DNA of 39,904 bases from positions 1-39,904 of the forward strand of contig JABIGM010000016.1 in assembly GCA_018650165.1 (NCBI GenBank), given 5' to 3'. The translations under genes and the position numbers were made by a program. Source of the stretch: Methanobacteriota archaeon. Its GTDB lineage: Archaea; Thermoplasmatota; Poseidoniia; Poseidoniales; Poseidoniaceae. The first letter of the stretch is position 1; every line of letters begins with the position of its first letter. Below are positions 35,247 to 39,904 of the stretch, one piece after another. The notes under the pieces are model-generated. The model was not told where the DNA came from. It saw only the letters and a list, made by a program, of their open reading frames with translations, and made no database searches.

Positions 35247-36098
35247 TCATCTCTTTGTTGTATATCTTTTCACTATCTTTCTGAATTCATCTGCAACATC
35301 GCTTGGGATAATCAGTTCCGCTTCCTTTTGGCTGATGAACTCAATAGCATCTGCAACACCAATGCGTTCACCTTTAGCCCAAATTTGTCCCAAGATATTA
35401 GATCGGTGTTCCTCACTAATTGCTTCATTATCAAGAAGGTCCCTCGCGATGTACTTGTACTCGAGATATTTTCTTCTATCTAATTTACGTGATTGAGGTT
35501 GGCGTCCGCCTCCTTTCTTATCTCCATGGCGACGCCTTTTGTTTCTTGTTTCCTTAAGTTTAATTTCAGTTGTAATGGTCTTGAAGACATTGGCTGAACC
35601 AATAGCAACAGCCTGCTGAACCTCGGTCACATTTGATTCTACGATTTCTGGTGTCACTACATCCGCGACAACTTCAATTTCTGAGACTTCTGTGGAAACA
35701 ATTTCCTCGGTGGCCCCTAGATTTTTAGCATCTTGTGCCTCTTTAGCAAATTTAGCAGTAGCAGCAGACTTTGCTCGTAGTGAGGCTAGTCTATCCTCTC
35801 TACTATCAGGTTTTTTGATTGCTGCTGTGGGAGCAGGTTTGGGTTGTGGAGATGGCTTGTGCGTTGGAGGTTTTTCAGCAGGTTTCAGCTTTTTCTTCTC
35901 TTCTGCCTCTTTTCGCAGGCGCAGTGCCTCCATAGCAGCCTTCTGTTTAGCGGCTAAATCTGCTGAAGGCTTAGTTGCCTCAGTAGTGCGTGGGCGCTGT
36001 GCAGGACGGGGGTTTCGCTCCTTGCGGTCACGAGCTTTCTGGCTTGCATTTGGTGCAAAAGGATTGAATGGCTCATCCTTGCGCCTTCGCCCGTTCAT
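35247..36098 (-). CDS. Hypothetical protein; basic low-complexity N-terminus and helical C-terminal domain
   Basis: 283-aa ORF rich in Lys/Arg/Pro/Ala; C-terminal KLDRRKYLEYKY...HRSNILGQIWAKGER looks folded. Confidence 0.75.
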   Translation of the reverse strand: MNGRRRKDEPFNPFAPNASQKARDRKERNPRPAQRPRTTEATKPSADLAAKQKAAMEALRLRKEAEEKKKLKPAEKPPTHKPSPQPKPAPTAAIKKPDSREDRLASLRAKSAATAKFAKEAQDAKNLGATEEIVSTEVSEIEVVADVVTPEIVESNVTEVQQAVAIGSANVFKTITTEIKLKETRNKRRRHGDKKGGGRQPQSRKLDRRKYLEYKYIARDLLDNEAISEEHRSNILGQIWAKGERIGVADAIEFISQKEAELIIPSDVADEFRKIVKRYTTKR

Positions 36099-36141
36099 AT
36101 TGTTGCGGCTTATCGGCCTCTCATAACCCTTGGCATCCTAT

Positions 36142-37155
36142 TTAGGGCCACACAACAGGTGTTTGGTCAGTTCGCATTTCTTGGTCGATTCCAGAACTTG
36201 CCAAGGTTGTGGTACGCCCATATCCAATTTCTAGCCAACCAAGCCGAGCAATCATTGTTCCATTATCGATGCAGTACATTCGTGGCGGGCAGAAACTTTC
36301 AGCCATTCTTTCCTCACACATTAGTGCTGACATATCACGTAATCTTTGGTTGCATGCCACACCGCCACCAAGTAGAATCTCGGCCTTTCCAGTATGCGCT
36401 AATGCGCGCTCTGCAACCTCAACGCATGCAGCGAATGCGTGTTCTTGCAAACTCCAACACACAGCGGCAAATGGCTTTCCTTCACTTACAAGTTTGTTAG
36501 CAGCACTCATTAGTCCGGAGAATGCAAGATCCATCCCGTGAACCGCATAGGGTAATTCCAAACCCTGTAATGAGGAGTTTGGATTATTTTCCAGCCATTC
36601 AAGAGCATGCTTTTCGATTACAGGCCCACCTGGAAAAGGGATGCCATGGTTTCTAGCAAACTTATCCAGCATATTCCCTATTCCTATGTCTAATGTCTCG
36701 CCAAGAACTCGGTACCGACCATCTAATCTGGCAATGACCTGGGTATTACCACCACTAACATAGAGTAAAATTGGGTCCTTGCAACCACATTGTTCCCGTC
36801 CGATTTCAATATGGGCTACACAGTGGTTTACCCCGACTAAAGGGACTCCTAAGTAAGTAGAAATGGACCTAGCTGCTGCCGCACCGGTTCGCAAGCACGC
36901 GCCCATTCCCGGGCCTTGTGAATAAGAAACTGCACCAATCTCAGACGGTTTTAAATTATTATCAGCAAGCAATTTTTTCAATAGATGTGAAGAAACCTCC
37001 ACATGATGGTCGGCAGCCTCGCGTGGATGGATACCACCTTCGGTAGGGCGCAATGTGTCGGTGCATGAGGGTCGAGGGCTACCGGTGGCATCTACTAACC
37101 CGAATGAAAGTGTATGTGCAGTGGATTCAATACCGAGTATCCAACCATCAGCCAT
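36142..37155 (-). CDS. kae1: KEOPS Kae1 (t6A threonylcarbamoyltransferase), stand-alone without Bud32 fusion
   Basis: LGIESTAHT, GGIHPREAADHH, GVNHCVAHIEIG, LYVSGGNTQV, GETLDIGIGNMLDKFAR, GGVACN, DNGTMIA, RTDQ. Confidence 0.96.
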   Translation of the reverse strand: MADGWILGIESTAHTLSFGLVDATGSPRPSCTDTLRPTEGGIHPREAADHHVEVSSHLLKKLLADNNLKPSEIGAVSYSQGPGMGACLRTGAAAARSISTYLGVPLVGVNHCVAHIEIGREQCGCKDPILLYVSGGNTQVIARLDGRYRVLGETLDIGIGNMLDKFARNHGIPFPGGPVIEKHALEWLENNPNSSLQGLELPYAVHGMDLAFSGLMSAANKLVSEGKPFAAVCWSLQEHAFAACVEVAERALAHTGKAEILLGGGVACNQRLRDMSALMCEERMAESFCPPRMYCIDNGTMIARLGWLEIGYGRTTTLASSGIDQEMRTDQTPVVWP

Positions 37156-37207
37156 GTCATCTGGCTGTAGGATATACTATCTAACGGTTCCATACTCCCT
37201 GTGACAT

Positions 37208-38449
37208 ATGCAGCGACTTCTAACCAATGTCGGGCCCCTGGTTCACCTTGCTGGTGAAGGTCCGATTGTTGGAAAAATTATTGATGAAAGTCAGTATGTT
37301 GCTGAGCCTGGTCTTGGAATATTAATTGAAGATCACACAATCATAAAAATAGCGCCCTCCAAAGAATTGCAGGAAGAATACACGCAAGCCGAGGTATTGG
37401 ATTTGGAGGGAAAAGCCGTAATCCCTGGGCTCGTTGATTCACATACACACTTACTCTGGACCGGCGATAGAAGCCGTGAGGTTTCATGGAAACAACAGGG
37501 CTTGACCTATTCCCAAATCAGCGAATTGGGTGGTGGAATTGGCGCTACTGTGGCGCCAACGCGCGGGGCCACAAAATCGGAATTAGCCCACCATGGAATC
37601 GAAAGGATGCGAGAATCTTTACGCAATGGAACTACACATCTTGAGGCGAAATCGGGATATGGTTTAGATACCGAATCAGAATTACGTTTACTTGAGATTG
37701 CAGAAGGCTTGAGCGCAGTTGAGCGTTTACCTTCACTTGACTTGACATGGATGGGAGCTCATGCTTCCCCTATTGGAGGTAGTATCGATTCTTATGCAGA
37801 GGAGATTTTGTCTGAACAACTCCCTGCAGTAATCGAACAAGGCATTGCCCGTAGTGCCGATATTTTTTGTGAACCGGGATGGTTTTCATTAGAACAAAGT
37901 GAAGATATTCTGAAGGCTAGCCGCAAAGGTGGACTTGACCTAAGAATGCACATCGATGAGTTCGTAGATGGAGGTGGAGGGGAACTCGCATCTGAACTGA
38001 AAGTAGTAACTGCTGACCATGCTCACTACACGAATGATGATTCGAGAGCAGCGATGCATGATTCGGAAGTGAATACTGGATTCTTACCGGGTACGCCCTA
38101 TGCAATGGGTGATGATTATCCTCCATTTTCTCATTGTTTAGAACATAATTGGGCATGGTCATTCGCATCAGACTTCAATCCAAATTGTCGCACACTCAGT
38201 CTCCCCTTCCTCGCATCAATATTAGTCCAGCGCAATGATATATCACCAATTACTGCTCTAGCAGCATGTACTAGAAATTCAGCATTAACCACCCCACACC
38301 CCTCAGGGTTGGTTCATGGGCAGATCAGGGAAGGTGGTATTGCAAATCTCAATATTATTGATGGGCCACACTGGCAAGCTTGGTGTTTGCAACCCGGTCA
38401 TTCTCCATTCGCTTTAACAATCTTAGAAGGAGAATTGATTTTTCATTAA
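37208..38449 (+). CDS. hutI: Imidazolonepropionase-like amidohydrolase
   Basis: PGLVDSHTH, Y..I...GGGI.ATV..TR, GTT.LEAKSGYGL, DIFCE, HIDEF, TADH, ASDFNP. Confidence 0.88.
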   Translation: MQRLLTNVGPLVHLAGEGPIVGKIIDESQYVAEPGLGILIEDHTIIKIAPSKELQEEYTQAEVLDLEGKAVIPGLVDSHTHLLWTGDRSREVSWKQQGLTYSQISELGGGIGATVAPTRGATKSELAHHGIERMRESLRNGTTHLEAKSGYGLDTESELRLLEIAEGLSAVERLPSLDLTWMGAHASPIGGSIDSYAEEILSEQLPAVIEQGIARSADIFCEPGWFSLEQSEDILKASRKGGLDLRMHIDEFVDGGGGELASELKVVTADHAHYTNDDSRAAMHDSEVNTGFLPGTPYAMGDDYPPFSHCLEHNWAWSFASDFNPNCRTLSLPFLASILVQRNDISPITALAACTRNSALTTPHPSGLVHGQIREGGIANLNIIDGPHWQAWCLQPGHSPFALTILEGELIFH

Positions 38450-38472
38450 TGTCTAATTAGAAGAGGATTAGT

Positions 38473-38808
38473 ATGAAATCAAAAAATACCTATTGGCTTG
38501 AAACGGTTGTATGCTCAGCACGCAAGGGTGTTGATGTTAGACTAGAGAGGATGCTTGAAGCAAGGCAAGAAATGCGCCGGCGGACAGAAGGCTGCGTTCG
38601 AGCCTGGGTTTCGAGATCGATTGATGGCCAACCTATGTTTCTGCTACAGGCGATATATGATGATGAAGATTCTTGGCGAAGAAGTGCCAAAAGAGTTTCA
38701 GAAGAGCTCGATTCGAGGGATGGTGGAATCGAATCCTTACTTGGAGGGCCACCTCTAGTGGGTATTTTCGCATTGAACTCTGAAAACATAGATTTGGAGA
38801 GCCCCTAG
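38473..38808 (+). CDS. Dimeric alpha/beta-barrel (ABM-like) hypothetical protein
   Basis: Pattern ARKG.....E.....RQ......GC....V.R......MFLLQA.YDDE..W resembles ABM domains; weak match. Confidence 0.55.
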   Translation: MKSKNTYWLETVVCSARKGVDVRLERMLEARQEMRRRTEGCVRAWVSRSIDGQPMFLLQAIYDDEDSWRRSAKRVSEELDSRDGGIESLLGGPPLVGIFALNSENIDLESP

Positions 38809-38809
38809 T

Positions 38810-38844
38810 TGTCGCATAACATACATTATGCGACACGGTTTTTC
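38810..38844 (+). terminator. Perfect 10-bp inverted repeat followed by a T-tract
   Basis: TGTCGCATAA-cataca-TTATGCGACA then CGGTTTTT, immediately after the 38473-38808 stop. It could alternatively be an operator. Confidence 0.45.
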
Positions 38845-39009
38845 ACAAGCATGTGTCTAATGCCTCGCAGTAGTCTGATTAGAGTAGTTTTTTTCAAAGA
38901 AATAGAATTTACCCCTTTGAAGAGGGGGGTTTTTGCTAAAAAAATCAAATTCTTTGACTTTGCAATCATAGGATTCATTAGAGCGAATCTGTAGGGACTT
39001 TTGTTGCTC

Positions 39010-39162
39010 ATGTCTGAAGTTAGCGGATTTTGTTTGAAGTGCAAGACCTATGGTCCAATCAAGGATGGGAAAATGATTGTAATGAGTAACGGTCGCACCA
39101 GATGCGGAGGCGTTTGTTCGCAAGAAGGGTGCACTGGTAAAATTTCAAAGATTGTATCTTGA
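39010..39162 (+). CDS. Small zinc-ribbon protein, DUF5679-like (50 aa, not in the ORF track)
   Basis: Hand translation MSEVSGFCLKCKTYGPIKDGKMIVMSNGRTRCGGVCSQEGCTGKISKIVS*, matching the CxKC..M.NGR...G.C..C..K pattern. Confidence 0.8.
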   Translation: MSEVSGFCLKCKTYGPIKDGKMIVMSNGRTRCGGVCSQEGCTGKISKIVS

Positions 39163-39212
39163 TATCGTTTACCGATTCGGATATATATGCCATCACAGTG
39201 GCCAAGTTGCTA

Positions 39213-39285
39213 GGGCTCGTGGTCTAGGGGTTATGACGTTGCCTTGACATGGCAAAGATCGCCAGTTCAATTCTGGCCGAGCCCA
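39213..39285 (+). tRNA. tRNA-Val(GAC), intronless, CCA not fully encoded
   Basis: GGGCTCG/CGAGCCC acceptor stem, D-arm GTCTAGGGGTTATGAC, anticodon arm TTGCC-TTGACAT-GGCAA, T-arm GCCAG-TTCAATT-CTGGC; TATA-like ATATATAT upstream. Confidence 0.97.
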
Positions 39286-39345
39286 CCTAGCATTTACAGC
39301 TATGATTTTAGATTATTACGCTTTTAATTAACGTTTAGCATTAAA

Positions 39346-39696
39346 TCAATCTTTTACTACTTCTTCAGATTCGGGAATATTTTGTTCCTTGATCGTGACA
39401 GGGTTTTCATCCACAAATGAGAAATCGGTTGAACCACCGCTCCAATCCTTTACTGAACTTTCATCTCCTTCAAACTCTTCATCGGCAATAGCTGAACCTG
39501 GGTTAATTGAGTAATCTACTGGATCAATATTTCTCGAACGGTTCCGTTCTTCCGGTGTTGGAGCCGCACGTTCCTCTAGGTGTGCACCAGAGTGAAAAGT
39601 TCCACATTCGGGGCACCGAATCGTACCTTTGTCAGAAATAGTACCGCACACAGGACATGACTCCTTACCAACAAGAGCATCAAGTTGGTCGGTCAT
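39346..39696 (-). CDS. Small double zinc-ribbon protein with an acidic tail
   Basis: CPVCG...IRCPECG..H at the N-terminus. Confidence 0.75.
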   Translation of the reverse strand: MTDQLDALVGKESCPVCGTISDKGTIRCPECGTFHSGAHLEERAAPTPEERNRSRNIDPVDYSINPGSAIADEEFEGDESSVKDWSGGSTDFSFVDENPVTIKEQNIPESEEVVKD

Positions 39697-39700
39697 ATAA

Positions 39701-39904
39701 TCACTCGTCGTCTTCATCCTCGTCATCGAGGAACATGTCATCTTGGTCGCCAGTTACTTCCTCTTCATCTTCTGTTTCAATAGTGACTGTATTCTCTTCA
39801 TCATCGAATTCAATAATTTCACCAAAGAATTCTTCACCATCAATCTCGATTCCAACCCAATCTCCAACGTCAATACCATCAGAATCGTCGTCGTCGTCAT
39901 CAGA
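39701..39904 (-). CDS. Partial CDS (3' end): highly acidic tail with a small beta-barrel-like motif
   Basis: Open frame from the window edge: SDDDDDSDGIDVGDWVGIEIDGEEFFGEIIEFDDEENTVTIETEDEEEVTGDQDDMFLDDEDEDDE*. Confidence 0.75.
   Translation of the reverse strand, partial: SDDDDDDSDGIDVGDWVGIEIDGEEFFGEIIEFDDEENTVTIETEDEEEVTGDQDDMFLDDEDEDDE

Noticed and set aside
37208-38449. Isolated hutI without hutH/U/G
   Set aside because: Scattered hut genes are common; other genes may lie elsewhere in the genome.
38880-38945. AT-rich tract with a G-string as a possible replication origin (ORB)
   Set aside because: No clear TTCCA..GGAAA ORB core, no repeated boxes and no cdc6/orc1 in the window.
1-39904. 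CRISPR arrays, IS elements, integrases or phage genes
   Set aside because: No direct-repeat/spacer arrays or mobility genes seen; the flanks of tRNA-Val show no integrase or att duplication within the window.

Overview
Gene-dense archaeal chromosomal window. It most likely comes from a Marine Group II (Ca. Poseidoniales, Thermoplasmatota) genome; this is inferred from archaeal ribosomal proteins (S19e, L39e, L31e, S17e), EndA, archease and Kae1 occurring together with bacterial-type Csp, Pnt transhydrogenase and FolE, an M6 peptidase and a large CARDB-like surface protein. It contains an SRP RNA, tRNA-Val(GAC) and about 45 CDS. I found no CRISPR array, IS element or prophage. The most unusual items are: (1) a preQ0 operon (RHH-folE-queE-queC-queD) whose cysteine-less QueC is fused seamlessly to an intact MsrB; (2) a divergent TatC with a C-terminal Cys-rich HdrA-N/MvhD-like domain, directly downstream of a twin-arginine Reeler-like CxCH protein; (3) a wHTH-3xTerB-like gene, an HldE-like probable pseudokinase and archease, divergent from the tRNA splicing endonuclease; (4) a TPR-TrmB/V4R-IscA-YgfZ operon. 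All family assignments come from motif recognition by eye; no database searches were run.
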